A stretch of 64,000 nt of DNA from Eledone cirrhosa (Eukaryota): positions 2,418,001 through 2,482,000 of the forward strand of contig OZ024752.1 in assembly GCA_964016885.1 (NCBI GenBank). The letters run 5' to 3'. The translations under genes were made by a program, and so were the position numbers. Below, one piece after another: positions 14,570 through 31,024 of this stretch; within the stretch, counting starts at the first letter, position 1; each line of letters opens with the position of its first letter. The notes beneath the pieces were generated by a model that saw only the letters and a list, made by a program, of their open reading frames with translations, was not told where the DNA came from and made no database searches.

Positions 14570-14751
14570 GTTTCTACTTTTAGCACAAGGCCAGCAATTA
14601 CCCAGTACATTACTGGTACTTTATTTTATCGACCCCGTAAGGATGACAGGCAAAGTTAACCTCGGCGGAATTTGAACTCAGACCATATAGGGCCGTAACT
14701 CGTTGCTGCAAAGCATGGCGTCCGACCCTCTACAGATACTGCCAATCCACC
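14568..14751 (-). mobile_element. tRNA-derived SINE (family S1)
   Basis: - strand A-box-like tggcagtatc.gtag, B-box gagttcaaatt/cc, conserved body aaagtaccagtaa, and (TTA)n tail. Confidence 0.9.
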
Positions 14752-14860
14752 AATAATAATAATAGTAGTGGTAGTAACAATAAATGTGAAGTGTAAAATA
14801 CAAAGAAGGCTCGATAAGGATAATATATATATATATATAATATATAAAGCCATAGAGAAA

Positions 14861-14919
14861 ATAGAGTTTCAGAAGATCCCGTTAAGGGTGAAAGCAGCGA
14901 TTCTTTGTTTAAACTTTAT
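14861..14919 (+). ncRNA. Type I hammerhead-like motif (CAGAAGA core), family B
   Basis: atagagttt-CAGAAGA-tccc(gttaa)gggt-GAAA-gca...tgt-TT-aaactttat. Stem I is 9 bp. Homologues at 15244-15290 (-), 24757-24808 (-) and 25573-25621 (+). Confidence 0.6.
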
Positions 14920-15166
14920 TCTGTTATTTGATTAAATAAATAAATGAATAAATAAATATATACATGGAGGGTACCACAGACCCTCCATCTCAACTCACCT
15001 TTTGAAAAGCAGAAGAACTGCGAAACCCGTAAAGGAACCAAATAAATATATATATTTTAAAAAAAAATAAGACTCTAGTTGCATTTTCGATTTCATCTCT
15101 TTTTCTTTATACTTTCACTCGTGTAGGACACCTCGGTTATTTTTCATTTTGTAAAAAAAACCTCAC

Positions 15167-15214
<48 letters not shown>

Positions 15215-15299
15215 TTATTTATTTATTGAATAAAATAACAGATTAAAGTTAAAACAAACAACCGCTGCTTTCACCCTTGACGGGAGCAAATGTTTCAGA

Positions 15300-17707
15300 T
15301 GTAACTCTAAACCTAAACACAGGATTGATGGCACCCTTCCACAAAAATAATTAAAATCTAGCCTACATTAGTTACAACTCGAACCACCCCCGTTTTATAA
15401 TTAAATCCATAGCACGTACTATATCCCTTAGAATATTCAGTCTATCCTCAAACCTAGAAATGTTTAATGAACATGCTAATTATTATAACGTAGCATTACA
15501 TAGGGTTGGACACAAAGATAAGCTGCAGTTTATAACATATAGGGACGACACGAACACTCCAGATAAAACCCACACCAACCGCCCATATAAAAATAAAAGG
15601 TACAGGACTAGGCATAGAACTAAACAATTAGCACCACTAGTAGGAAGACAAAGCACAAATAATATAGAAGAACTAGAGAAAGAAAATATCTATGGTTTAA
15701 TCCGATCTTCAACTCCATTATAATAACTAAACTGCCTTCTACGTTTTTTAAACTAATAGATAAACACTTCCCTACATCGCATAGATAAAATAAAATCTTC
15801 AATATAAAAACTATAAAACTTTCATACTCAACTACAGCCAACATAGAATCACACAAACGTAAGAATAACCACAGGAATATTTCTAAGGAAACTAATCCAC
15901 CAATACACAACATATCATCAAACACATAACAGTATCACAACCACAAACGCATCGGAACACACCAAAGCAAAACTCCAATAGGCATGAATCGCAACCCAGA
16001 CGTAACAATTTACAGAACCACAATGCGAAAGCTGCACAGTATAATACTTCAAACTGCAATTGCGACCTACCAGATAAGTGCCCATTAGGGAACAGTTCTA
16101 GCTTAGTGTACATGTGTACTGTAAACTAGACCAACTCCACCTGGCACTACATTGGATCCACCGCGGGTGTTTTTAAAAAAGATGGTATGTACACAGACAT
16201 TCAATGAAGAACCGTGCATTGGTGAATTTCACAACCCTCGCCAATAAAATCTGGCAACTTAAGGACACAAACCTTGATTACAATATTAGCTGGTCGAAAT
16301 TAGCGACCGAAAAGGCCTATAGCAGCGGTATGTCCCATTGCGGTCTCTGCAACCTTGAATTGCTACATATTTAAGGTACGATAAAATGCTACTTAACAGC
16401 AAAATAGCAAAGTCAATTTGCTGCAGACATGGGATTGCTACTAAATTTACGAGATTTAAACCACTGTCATTCGAACCAGCATCCATGAACTTCATGGACC
16501 TTCACTTAGAATTTAACGTATGAAATCCGCATTCTCACACAGCCCACCTCAGAACTATAAACATCTTCCAGCCTCTCGACATCTATATCACCAACATGGG
16601 GCAGTAATATCTACAAACATCTACCAATTATCATGTCAGCCCATAAATCAATCTAGCATTTGCTGTGGTTTATTATTTAGGACCCAACAATTATATCTAC
16701 ATATCTCACATTAGCACCCATGATCTCTAACAGATGAACCTAATTCTAAATACATTATTTTATTACCCTTACACTCCTTGAAACTCTTACTTTCTTATTT
16801 TCCTCTTATTACTATTATGACCATCTTAATGTACCCTATCCCTAATGTTATTCATCATGTTCTCTATCTATTTACCATGCATATTTTATTGTTGATTTAT
16901 TGTCTTATACACTATATGTCATCGAAGTTGTGAAAACTAAACCCCATGATTCGAACTAAGTTAATACAACGAAAATACTTATCTATCAGACCATAAATCA
17001 ATCTCCAGTTTATTGCTAGCGTGTCTTTAGATTCTCAGCACACTTGTATCTAGACCACTCATAATTGCACTTAAAGGGCAGTTTCCAAAAATCTGTCTCT
17101 GGGTACATTTTATTAGTTATCTCTCCATCCCTCAGAAACTACGTCTAAAGTAACCTATAGTAGTTCTCACATGTCAGCTTCATACATCTGTATCATATTA
17201 CTTCGGTTACCATGCTAGTTTTGTCATTTTATCATCATATTATATTTCTCACTTATATTGATGTTATTAATTTAACTATTCAGTATCTAGTTATTTTGTT
17301 ATTGATATTATTGTTCTGGTATAATGCCACTCCTCTATAAAAGCCATGCCTTGTATATTACCCTTACATTCGCTTGCTCTGATGAATTAACTGGTTATAA
17401 ACAAAGTATTGGAGTTCGATTGACGCAACATCTAGTAATTATCGAACTGTAGACCTACCAGATCAAAGAAACAATTGTCAGCACCGTGAATAAAGCCCTT
17501 ATTCTACAGACAAACACGTTAATCTTATCTCTTGAATTATTATTACTCCAAGTATAACCTACATAGAAATCACCGTGAACTCGCTGCAACACTATGGAAG
17601 CGTCTTGTTGAGTCAAACTAAGCCATACGTTAATACCATCCACAACACAGAGTACTCTAACTGGAATACCTCTAAGTGAATTGCCTATAACGAAAACTTG
17701 TTATCCC

Positions 17708-17710
<3 letters not shown>
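15300..17710 (+). mobile_element. Decayed 5'-truncated Penelope-like element (RT thumb, Cys linker, GIY-YIG, long 3' region)
   Basis: YISYNSNHPRFIIKSIARTISLRIFSLSSNLEMF (~15364); WFNPIFN (~15692); NCNCDLPDKCPLG (~16052); LVYMCTV..WHYIGSTAGVFKK (~16103-16180). Contains stops and frameshifts; decayed CTGATGA motif at ~17379. Confidence 0.85.
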
Positions 17711-17785
<75 letters not shown>

Positions 17786-18205
17786 TCAAAATTAGATTAA
17801 AGATGTCATGTCTGAGAATATCAGAAGCATGCACCTCTGGAATAAGCTCAACGATTCCAAGTAGTGAATCTGAGCATGTATTAATATTAACTTGAAAGTC
17901 GAATCACATATATATACATAAAAAAACACATAAAACAGTTACAGGGGATAATTTGGAAAGAGTGTAAACACTCATAGTTACGGAGGTAATATATTAAAAT
18001 TTAAGAAGAACCTTGAATATAGATACTCTACTGATGAAGGGTAATCACAGTGTCTGCAGTTCAGTTTACATGCCAACATAGGAGCAAGATTGACGAGGTC
18101 ATTCTACTGACATGGCTTTAAGGAGGCTGTCTGGAGAACTGCAAACGAATCGAATATCAATATTCGAAAAAATTAAGATTAAATTTATTTTATGCAGCCA
18201 TGTAA

Positions 18206-19159
<954 letters not shown>

Positions 19160-19497
19160 GCATACTTTGAAAGTGTTACACACCACTATTTTATTGGTAA
19201 GATTGGATAAGCTCAGCGCGAAATGAATCCGGCTTAATAGTGTGCAAGAAACCTTGCTTTCAATCTTCTATTATTCTTGTTAGGTTCCCTTATGATATGA
19301 ACCAATATATTGTGTTTGTTTAATTATATTTGTCACATAAACATATCCGGTTTGAGTTGAGCACCCATCACGGAGTAGACAATTTACGGATAATATCCAC
19401 TTTTCTCCACAATGGATGGGATACTCAATTCGCATTGAAGGTTGCGTAGGACAGTATAAATAATAGTAATACTATCCTTGGTTTTCTTGAATTTTAA

Positions 19498-19526
<29 letters not shown>

Positions 19527-19528
<2 letters not shown>

Positions 19529-19671
19529 AACGAAGGAAATGTGATAAGGAACCAGGTGGACCATAACGCACCAAACTACTCAATACTTAGGGTAGTAGAG
19601 TGGGTAATAAAAGTCCAGAATTAGCCGTCGAAACGGCTTGAGCTCAGCCGTCGGGGTCCTACTCGTTCCTA
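19527..19671. mobile_element. Family A copy (same inverted layout as 4757-4907)
   Basis: Near-identical sequence; in (TA)n. Confidence 0.88.
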
Positions 19672-19785
19672 TATATATATATATATATATATTTGTGTCT
19701 GTGTGTGTGCTTGTTTGTGTGTGTGAGTGAGTGTATCAGATGGTATCAAAACGGGAGGTCATTATTATTATTTGTTGTTAGTAGC

Positions 19786-19862
<77 letters not shown>

Positions 19863-20333
19863 AAGCAGTTGTAACTTGTGTAGTCAATAGTGTAGTCGGT
19901 GGAGTAACTGCTGTTGTAGCCACAAGAGCTGCAGTAGCAGGGTTAGTAAAACATATAGAAGTCTATTATTTTTCTATGATGTTTTATTGTTATATATATT
20001 CCAAGGTTAAAGCTTTTATTGTTTTCTCAGTTGCCTTTTAAAAATATTCTAAAACAATATAGAACTGAATCATAAAAAAATGGCGGCAAAAAAAAAGCAA
20101 GCAAACAAACCAAAATTGGCGGCAAAGTAACTGGTCAACGTGTTCCTGTCTGATGATCAAGTGATACGGGAAGCCATTAATCAAACAGTTACGTTTTATG
20201 AAGCGCATATAAGTTGACCATCCAATAAATTCATGGTCTTTTGGTGAGCTTAAAAACACACGGAATAAAACACTCTAAACCACACAATTACGCACACACA
20301 CACACACATAAATATATGTATGTATGCATGTGC

Positions 20334-20409
<76 letters not shown>

Positions 20410-20499
20410 CTGTGTGTATGTGAGGTTGTGGAAATATGTTTTAATTGACTTTGCTATTTTTTCCAGCTTTGTGATGTATAGTCTGTCTCTGTCTCTATT

Positions 20500-20602
<103 letters not shown>

Positions 20603-22060
20603 TTCACTTTCTCTCGCTGTGTAGTTGAGTGTTTGTGTTTGCCTATGCGTGTATCAATGTGTGATTTTATACATATGTGACTAAGTTATATTCAAGTATA
20701 ATAACCATTGTGAAATCTGCTAATTTTAACTGTCGCTATTTCATGAGTTATTATTCAGCCTCTCATTAAGAAAAGACACCACATGTTTGTTATGCTGAAA
20801 GTTGGGAAAGTTGTTAAAAATAATGTATAAACAAAAAGCTAATTTATTTTATCACGGTGCGTCACACAATCTGATTTACGATAATATGTACGAATAAAAT
20901 AAAAGTTTACCTTTCCAGTTATATTCTAATCTACTGACCTTACCAATTATCGATATTTCCTCTTCACCACTCTTATACCGATTTCTCTCTATGTCTCTAT
21001 GTCTATACATTCTATGTTTCTCTTCATCTAAATATATTTTACCGTCTGCCTCTAAATATCTATCGTTTTCTTAACAATTCCAATGATAAAGCCAAACTTT
21101 CCCCTCATCTCCTATCACTGCACGCCGTGCCAATTACTTTTACATTTCATGTATTCTGATAAAACTTGTTTGACGTCCTGCCCTCCAAACACCACATTCT
21201 ACGAAATGTGTTCTCCCCCCTTAAAAGAATAACGTCGGATAAAATGAGAGAGAGAGGGGGAGGGAGAGAGAAAGGCGGTGGAGAGAAAGAGAATTTCGTT
21301 TTGTCACACAGTTTCTGATTCGATGACACATTGTATTGTCATATATGAGGCTCAGGGAATGCTATGGTAATGTTATTGGCAAATCCCGGTCTATAATATA
21401 TAATGGTTGTGTATACTGTTGTATATTAACTACGTTATCAAGTGTACCTTAATTGTTGTAATCCTCAATGAGATTAAAAGTGTACATTTTCAAATGAATG
21501 TTTCGGTTCCCACATTTATAGATTATGGACGATATGGCTCATCTTTCTAGCAATCTCATTCCTACGTATGTGCTCCTAGCTTGATCGTGATTATAGCTAT
21601 TCTATATATAACGGTAAACTTAAATGGAGACTTTCATATCTAGAATAACGAACAAACTTTAGGAAACTCAGTACTTTTGGTATCGACATTATAAAATAAA
21701 GAACATCACGTATGCGACATAGTCGGTTGAATAACTTAAATTAACTGTGATTATCCACGTAATAAGTAGACACATTCAATTTTTATGGCTGATTAATATC
21801 TAGATTCAACAGGTATGGGAGATATTTGCCATAAAATAATTTCATTAATCATTTCCAATTACAAATTAATCTATAATATAGTTTAGCCACATGGTAAAAA
21901 CAACGGTTGTGGTTTAGTATTACTGCATATATTCAGTAAAATGTATTCTAAGGTCTTATAACATCCGCAGCATGTAATTTATATAGGGTAGATTTATTAA
22001 ATTGAGCTAATAAGGTATATGAACTTTATGGATAATACGAACGTGCAAATGTTAAATATG

Positions 22061-22247
22061 ATTGTTTCTACTTTTGGCACAAGGCCAATAATTACACAGT
22101 GCATTACTGGTACTTTATTTTATCGACCATGTAAGGATGAAAGACAAAGTTAACCTTGACGGGATTTGAACTCAGAATATAAAGTGATGTAACTATGCTG
22201 GAAAGCATGGCGTCCGAACCTCTACCGATACTGCCAATCCACCGCCC
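22061..22247 (-). mobile_element. tRNA-SINE S1
   Basis: Full-length match to the other S1 copies. Confidence 0.9.
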
Positions 22248-22561
22248 TTAGTTAGTTCAGAATCTGAGGTCAAATAAATATGTATGAACAATTATTTGAC
22301 AAAAGCTTGATCTTTAGTTGATTAAAAGCTAACAAGCTTCAGGGAGAAAACGTCAAAAAATCACTTGCTTCATTTTATTTGAAAAAATAAACAACAGATT
22401 TCGAGTACACATGATTCTAAATCGAGAAGGTTAGAGAAAATAGCATTTTATTTTTTTTTTTGTTATGTTAGACCTTAATAAATTATTTTGAATTCTACAA
22501 ACATTTCAAGACAGGATTTGCTGTGTCTTTTACGTAGTTTACTGGATTTATGACAACTCTT

Positions 22562-22612
22562 TGTGAAGGCGTGTGGCTGCGTGGTTAGAGAATTGGATTC
22601 GCAAGATGAGGC
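22562..22612 (+). mobile_element. Head of a second tRNA-SINE family (S2)
   Basis: tgtgaaggcgtgtggctgcgtggttagagaattggattcgcaa; similar to the - strand of 45780-45826. Confidence 0.55.
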
Positions 22613-22676
22613 ATGTTAGTCTCTGCTAGCAAAGTGTGTGTGGCATGATGTTACGCACGCATACACGCGCACGCAA

Positions 22677-22722
<46 letters not shown>

Positions 22723-22838
22723 TAGTATATATATACATATACATATTTATATATATATATATATATATATGCGTATTTGTGTGTATATTCGGGTTTGTGT
22801 GTCTGTGTGTGTCGTATATATTAGTATCTATAAATGCA

Positions 22839-22911
<73 letters not shown>

Positions 22912-23209
22912 TTTGTGTGCTTTATGTATATAATTGTGCATGTATATGTTTGTGTATCATAAGCTTAAAATTAAAACGATCTAATGCATTTACGGTATAT
23001 ATATTTATAAACTTTGTTAGACATGTATGTATGAATTTGAAGATAAAAACATAATTTAGTTTCAATTTTCATGTAATTTGATTCATCATACATTTTTAAT
23101 AAATTTGTTTATTCTCCAATCTGAGCTAATATTCTCCCGATACACCTACGCGCGCAAACACACACACACACACACACAGACACACACGCACACTCACACA
23201 CACACATAC

Positions 23210-23307
<98 letters not shown>

Positions 23308-24616
23308 ACACACAACATAGTAAATTAGCTCATTCATAAATGTATTACAGTGATATAGTTGTGACGTCTTGAACCATGTTCTAGTAGAAATAGAAGTTAT
23401 AAACCCCACATTTAGTCTAATGAATACATTGCAGCAAAACATTTATTTTGTTACATTTATTATCAGATTTTCCCATGGGAAGCCTAGCAAATACAGACCA
23501 CTGTCACGCATGCTACACTGTCTTTTCTGTCATCTATTTATGGCGTTGTCTTTCATCCCTCTAACGACGATTGAAGGCCCGTCAATTTACTCAAGTATGC
23601 ACATGACATATCATTCTGGATTTGTCTTGATAAAAAATACACAACTTTCCCCCTGGATGACTATGTGCAAATGTGTAAAATTCCCATTATTTTCCCGATG
23701 GATTATCGTTTAATGTAGTTTTTGAACACAGGTCATGGCATATCGATACCATTACGCGTCGAATCCATGAGTTACATTCAATATACGGACAAAATTTCAC
23801 TTCAGTCATTTACACGACAATAACTGCATGATTTTTATTGATGTAATACTACTTTTGTTTTTTGGTCTCGTAATTAAATAATTTTCTTTTTTCCACTAGA
23901 TGTATTAGAGCGGTAAATTTACTGCAAGTAGTAGATCGATTGTCAAAAGAATATGCACAATATCCGCACACATCATCCTCAACTTGGTTTTTTAATGTAA
24001 GTATATTTGGATTCGAAACTATCATACTCAGTTATGAACTGCACAGAATGGTTTCGCATAGTTTATTCACGAGGAGAAATTGTGATCCTACAATTATACG
24101 AAATTGTTCATTAAAGGAAACTATTTTCACATACGATTCTGATCGCTGTACATTTATGGCACGCAGATGGAACTTATACCGTGTTAAAAAAAAACAACAA
24201 CAGTCTATGCAAATTGCTTATACAGATTCAGAATAACCACCTATTGAAAAAATAGCATATACACTTGTAATCATCTTTAGGTTTGTGTAAGATTTTATAG
24301 TTTATGATTTTGTTTTGTACCTATGTTTTTCATTTATTTTCTATGAAAAGTATATTAATCTGAAAAGTATATTAAATCGTTCAAAAACAATGATAAGGGA
24401 AATATAGGGATATAAAAAAAGTAGTTGAAAAGAAACCTTCTAAAATCTAAATCTAAAATCTAACACAATATATGCAATATTGCCACAGTTTCTTTAATCG
24501 GGTACCAGTTCAAGAAGCTTCTCTGAATACTTATATCCTCTATTTCTACGTGATTATCCTTAGCATACCATTAGATTATACATACATATTGTACATAAAA
24601 TCATAGATACATGCAC

Positions 24617-24654
<38 letters not shown>

Positions 24655-25633
24655 ATAATAATATGAAGACTAGCATCCAAAGAGGGCTCGGTAAGGATAA
24701 ATATATATCAAATATATAAGAACCGTAAAGTAAATATTTATTAAAATAAAAGATTAAAGTTTAAGCAAAAAATCGCTGCTTTCACCCTTAACGGGATCTT
24801 CTAAAACTAAAAAAAATAATCTGTGAACGCAGAAGTAAATATTTAGAAAAACGTTGTAACCGAAGGAAGACAGGAAGACGATACTTTGGTTCGTGGAAAC
24901 GTTCCCTGGTAAAGAACGAACAGAAACGAAGATAATACGTCATTATTTGAAGCGGAGAAAACAATTACGCGCAAATACAAAACCACGTTTATGATATAAC
25001 TGAAGTCGTAGACAAACATTCTATTTAGGAAACCGAATGATTCTCAGCTACAGAGTTAAGAATAATGTAAATAAATTGCAGAGGTTATTGAAATCAGCAA
25101 TAATTAAATATATAGATGCACGCATCCATGAACCTACATACACATGCATACACGGAAACACCCGCCATGGGTATGCAAATACAGGCACAACACAAAGTCA
25201 CGCGCGCACATACTAAATCCCACGCAACGCCTGTACCCGCACACATACGAACGCATAAACCAAATACACATAAAACATATAAAAAAAATATATATATAAT
25301 ATATATACATGTGTGTGTGTGTGTGTGTGTGCACGCTATCATTCGGTTTCTTGAATAGAATTTTTGTCTACGACTTCAATTATACCATAAACGACGTTTT
25401 GTCTTTGCGTGTAATTGTTTTCAGCGGTCCAAATAATAACGTATTATCATCATTTTTTTTTCGTTCTTTGCCAGGGAACGTTCCCCGAATCAAAGTATCG
25501 TCTTCGTGTCTTCCTTCGGTTGCAAGGTTTTTCGAAACATTTACTTCTGCGTTCACAGATTGATTTTATATAGTTTCAGAAGATCCCGTTAACGGTGAAA
25601 GCAGCGATTCTTTGCTTAAACTTTAATCAGATA

Positions 25634-25640
<7 letters not shown>
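24655..25640. mobile_element. Fold-back unit, ~300-bp diverged arms ending in family B hammerhead motifs
   Basis: Arms ~24735-25041 and ~25338-25640 are reverse complements. An extra tail at 24655-24735 is shared with 14780-14860. No ORF. Confidence 0.88.
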
Positions 25641-25679
<39 letters not shown>

Positions 25680-25800
25680 ATTACAACAGTAACATAAACA
25701 AGCACTCAAGTTTCGGTGGGTTCTGGGCCCCAATTTATTCAGCCTGTCATGAGAAATATAACTTCAATTATATATATATATAAATCTCTCTCTCTTCCCC

Positions 25801-26208
<408 letters not shown>

Positions 26209-26224
26209 ATATCTATATCTATAT

Positions 26225-26297
<73 letters not shown>

Positions 26298-26538
26298 CCT
26301 GTGTGAGTTTACAGTTATGTATAAATATATATAACTGCCACATAAAATAAGTTGGCTTATGATGTAGAAATGTGTTTATTCCTGTCTAAATTTTGCGCAC
26401 TCTATTTCTGGTCCTACATTTTCCTATTATCTGTGGAGTGTACACCATCCAACATTTAAAATTTCATATCACACACACGCAGAGAGAGAGAGAGACACAC
26501 ACACAAACATATATGTATATACACAGACACACACACAT

Positions 26539-26599
<61 letters not shown>

Positions 26600-26618
<19 letters not shown>

Positions 26619-27360
26619 GAGATGTTTATTTGTTCGTTGGATGGTCGGTTGGTTGATTCACACAAAAACTACACACTTACACACACCACACACAAATACA
26701 TACACACACATCTAAAAAGAGAGAGTGACAGAGGGAGGGACAGAAAGTTAGTGGTAGACCGTTATACAGAAAGAGAAATATAATTAAAGTGTTAGATATT
26801 GAGAGAGAGAGAGAGAGAGAGTAACGTTCCACGAAACGGTTTAAACTATAGATCCTTTCATCTGTAGGAAGGTTTTTCAATATAGCGTTAGCTTTTATAA
26901 AATCGTTTTACCATCTTAGATTTTACAGAACAAAGAAAAATTGATACTATTTGAAAGTAATCTACCCTCCAGGATTTATCCATATCTACTTACGGACCGT
27001 ACTAACGAATCTAAACACTTAAAAAGCAATGTTATGCGGTATATTGCTGCGTTTCAGATGACGTCCTTTGGAGGTGAAACAGATCATATTGACTATGGCT
27101 TTCTCACAATATTTAAAATCCAAGAAAAATGAGACCATTTCATCGACAGTTTACTCGCCCAGCTTAGTAAGGAAGTTTTATGACTGTATTGTTTATGTCT
27201 CTCCCAGGCACACTCACACACACACACGCACACACACACACATACACATTCACACATTACGGTCTCATCTCATACCAGACAACACATCCAATACATTCGT
27301 TTTCTCTTTTATCCATCTTCTCTTAACTATTCTCCCGGGCGAAGCCGGGTACCTCAGCTA

Positions 27361-27361
<1 letters not shown>
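26600..27361 (+). mobile_element. Non-autonomous Helitron
   Basis: 3' hairpin cccgg(gcgaag)ccggg at 27334-27349, then CTAG (27358-27361) and T. The 5' end is lost in (TA)n before ataaaagagag. Confidence 0.8.
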
Positions 27362-27438
<77 letters not shown>

Positions 27439-28666
27439 GGAAATAATGTATGTGTGTGTGCCGTTTATATGTCCGTTTGGTCATGCTGTCTGTTGCAGCA
27501 TTTATCTGCTGTATTGAAGATGTACAGAGTGCTCTGCATGTAATCTAAAAGATAACATTTAACGCACGCTTGCATCACTCAGATTCGTCTTCAGAAATAT
27601 TATATGTTGGAAATATATGTGAAATAATCTGCTATTCACATTCCAATAATGCACTGATTAGGCAGTTAAGGTGTTCGAACAACAGGGGTACTCAACGCTG
27701 AAGCCGATAGAGATCCATTCATTTTACTTTCATCCTACGCTTGTATACCTGAATATTCTCAATTATTCTCCCCATTAATACATTGTTCCTGTAGGAGACC
27801 TTTCAACGAAGGCTTCGATATATATAACCTCGATACAAGACACTCATTAGTGACTCAGGCATAGATAGCTATCCATTATAACTTACATTACAAGTGGAAC
27901 AACTGAAGAACATGTTTTTACTGACAGCAACCAAAGCCAAAATTAATAGTATGTTTATACAATTATTTCATTTTTTCATCGTTTATTTTATACCTTTTTC
28001 CTGTATATTTTTATGCAGGTTTTTTCTCATCATTTCCTTAGACATGTTAGGTTCTTTTTCTTTCTGGAGTCGTTGAGGAAGTTGGGGACTGATTCCTTGC
28101 TTCATAAGAAAACCTACATGGAGAAATTCAATTGTCATTTTCCTTTGATAACTCAACAGAGTGGTTCTCTTCACAGCCGCAACTTAACACGTTTCTAGAA
28201 CACCTAACGATACAGCAATCACTTTCGAAGATGATGACTCATGGCTTGAGAGTTAGAACTTTTCTATTAATCATACCTTTCAAACTTTTGAAGTCAATGA
28301 GACGTTGGTAGCTTCCAACGTTTAGCTGGCAATTTGACTTTATTATTTATATTTTCTTTTTTATCATCAAAACCACAATGGGTGTACTTTTACGACTAAA
28401 TTAAAGATCAAATTACTTAGGTAGTTTAGTGTGGTTTCATAGAAAAGCAAACTAATGCAAACATCATTCGAAAAAAACAAAACATGTCGTGATATTCCAT
28501 CTCTCAAAAAAAGCAAACTGAATGAAAACAGTTGACAAATTATTAACTTCTAAAGATATTCTCTTTCGCTTTATAGTAAGACAGTTTCTATATCTTTTGA
28601 AATTATGAGAAAAAAGTAACAACAACAAATATAAGTATATATGTAAATATATTGAATGTGTGTAAA

Positions 28667-28732
<66 letters not shown>

Positions 28733-28735
<3 letters not shown>

Positions 28736-28775
28736 GTTTCTACTTCAGGCACAAGGCGAGCAATTACCCAGTTCA
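28733..28775 (-). mobile_element. S1 SINE 3' fragment
   Basis: attgtttctacttcaggcacaaggcgagcaattacccag. Confidence 0.75.
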
Positions 28776-28968
28776 TTAAACATCTAACTGATAAAGTGGT
28801 GGCATAACGGGAATACACCCGAGAATTTGTTCTTATGCAACACTCTAAAAAAACGTCCGTTTTTTTCGTTATGCAATCACTGTATATTATTATTATTAAA
28901 CACAATACATCATCTAACCGACTGAGTGCTGGGACCTTTTGAATATGTTATACCGGCATTTTAATCGC

Positions 28969-29016
<48 letters not shown>

Positions 29017-29376
29017 ATGATTCAAATGCCCCTATTTATATATATATATATATATAAATATAAATTCAGCAAAAATCGGCGGGTAGAAAAAGCGAAACGA
29101 AACTCAAATCAAAGTTATGCCGGCAAGCGCTCCATAGTTAAAAAACCAGAGCTAAACAATATGTTAAAACGCCATACAAACTGAAAAAAGTGGTCAAGAA
29201 GGCATTAACCACCTAACCCAAAAAACAAATCAAGCTAAACAGGTCAAACAAAATAAATGATAAAAACAGACGTGGACCCTTTGGAATTGATGGTAAAATC
29301 CAAATGCAGGGTTTCTGTGATACCTAAATCAATAATACTGTCTGCTTAAAACTATAAGCTTTTGGTATAATGATCG

Positions 29377-29407
<31 letters not shown>

Positions 29408-29994
29408 CATGCGTGCGTGTGTGTAATATTATTAATATTCGATGTGTATATCTTCACACATAAACCTAAATACATAAGCAACACAAACACAACATAACGT
29501 ATAAGTACTCTTTGTATTAATAGCAACCCTCTAATTAGGAAACACATATAATAAAATTGTTAAGAAACTCAGGAAATTTTCCAAAATACTATTGAATCCA
29601 CATTCAACATAAAGTTTATCCTTTAAGATTTCTTGCAAATATCGTCCTTCAAAACGCCAGAAAAGGTGAAAGAATGACAGGCGGTCACATTAAAATTTAG
29701 ACATGCAAATAATTAGCGGATAGACAACCGCAGGCATCGAGAAAACTGACGCATAGATTGTCATATCGGTGCACAAAGAACTCCATAAGGAGTGGAGGCC
29801 CTATATATGCAGTCTGATGTTTAGAGCGTTAGACGTACGGTCGTAATAACACGCACAGATTTAATGATTGGAAAGAAGGAAGTTTTGGGTTTCTGAGGAA
29901 ATTATTTAAATCCATGTTGCCCCAGTTCACTTGCTAGAAATTTAGTACCAGCTTCTTATGGGGGTAAGCAGGAGATTGACAGTCTTCTACCCTG

Positions 29995-30112
29995 ATGGGG
30001 CTTCCACGTAATTTCCGTTCCCCCAATTTACCTCACAATTCTGGTGTCGACACGAGCCTATATTAAAAGGCACCCGCCAATTATACTATGTAACGATATC
30101 GAACTCGGAAAT
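29995..30112 (-). mobile_element. Decayed SINE relic
   Basis: gggcttccacgtaatttccgt...atcgaactcggaa, with a B-box-like ttccgagttcgata on the - strand. Confidence 0.45.
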
Positions 30113-31024
30113 TCAATTCTGTCGTGTTTACACACTACTAATAATATATGCCCTTACATATAAATCAAATGGCATAATCCCTTAGGCAAATATGCGCTTG
30201 CAAAGACACAATCAGATATCTACGTCAAACATAGATTCAACAGGTACACATATAAATATTATCATGCAAAGACACGTTCAGTAAAACGTGTGCATATAGT
30301 TGAGTGTATGAAATTATTCGTACCACTTATCGACGTGACACAGTTTTGTGTATCAAAGACAAATAAGACAGGCGATGCCCAAGAGTTTAGCAATTATATT
30401 GACTGCAACCTATGTGTGAGCAAAGGTAAACTATTGAAATGGAAATCGAAATATTTCTGCAGATACGACTGGATCGATAGAAATACTACTGATTAAATAA
30501 ATATACCTTCCTTCTTTGGATGTCAGACTATTGGCAAGTAACATTTAATTAATTTATTTAGTAGTTGATTAATTTTCCTTATCGTCGTAATTACATATAA
30601 CGAACAGAGCAAATATGTATCAATTTTCTGGGAATGCATTTTTTTATATTGTAGAAGACAAAAATATTTCCTTAAACATTTCCTCGTTTCGCTAAAATCC
30701 CAACGACCGCATTGATATCATTATGTGTCAAAATGTTCGGGTGTGTATTAGTAAAGATGTTCAGTATAAAACCTAAGTTTTCACATAATAGGACGAGACC
30801 TAAATATACCTATTTTGATTTGGGTATATGTATGGGAAAACGTATTCAGAAATAATGAGTGTATATATGAACATACATGCAGGCATGCATATTCTCTCAC
30901 ACACATATACGCCTATCCCAACCCCGCCACCCAAACCATTAAATCAAAACATAATACTAATGCTAACACTAACCCCAACCCTCAACCCTTCCTTAACGCT
31001 TTCTCTAAGCTTAAACTTGGCTGA

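Noticed and set aside
18025-18060. CTGATGAAGGG hammerhead start
   Set aside because: No closing stem II or GAAA.
25700-25750. - strand CTGAATA...GAAAC hammerhead-like string
   Set aside because: Core mismatch and no convincing stems I or III.
27880-28560. Possible transposase relic
   Set aside because: No recognisable motif.
30910-31020. Interstitial telomere repeat
   Set aside because: Only a few degenerate (T)AACCC-like units.
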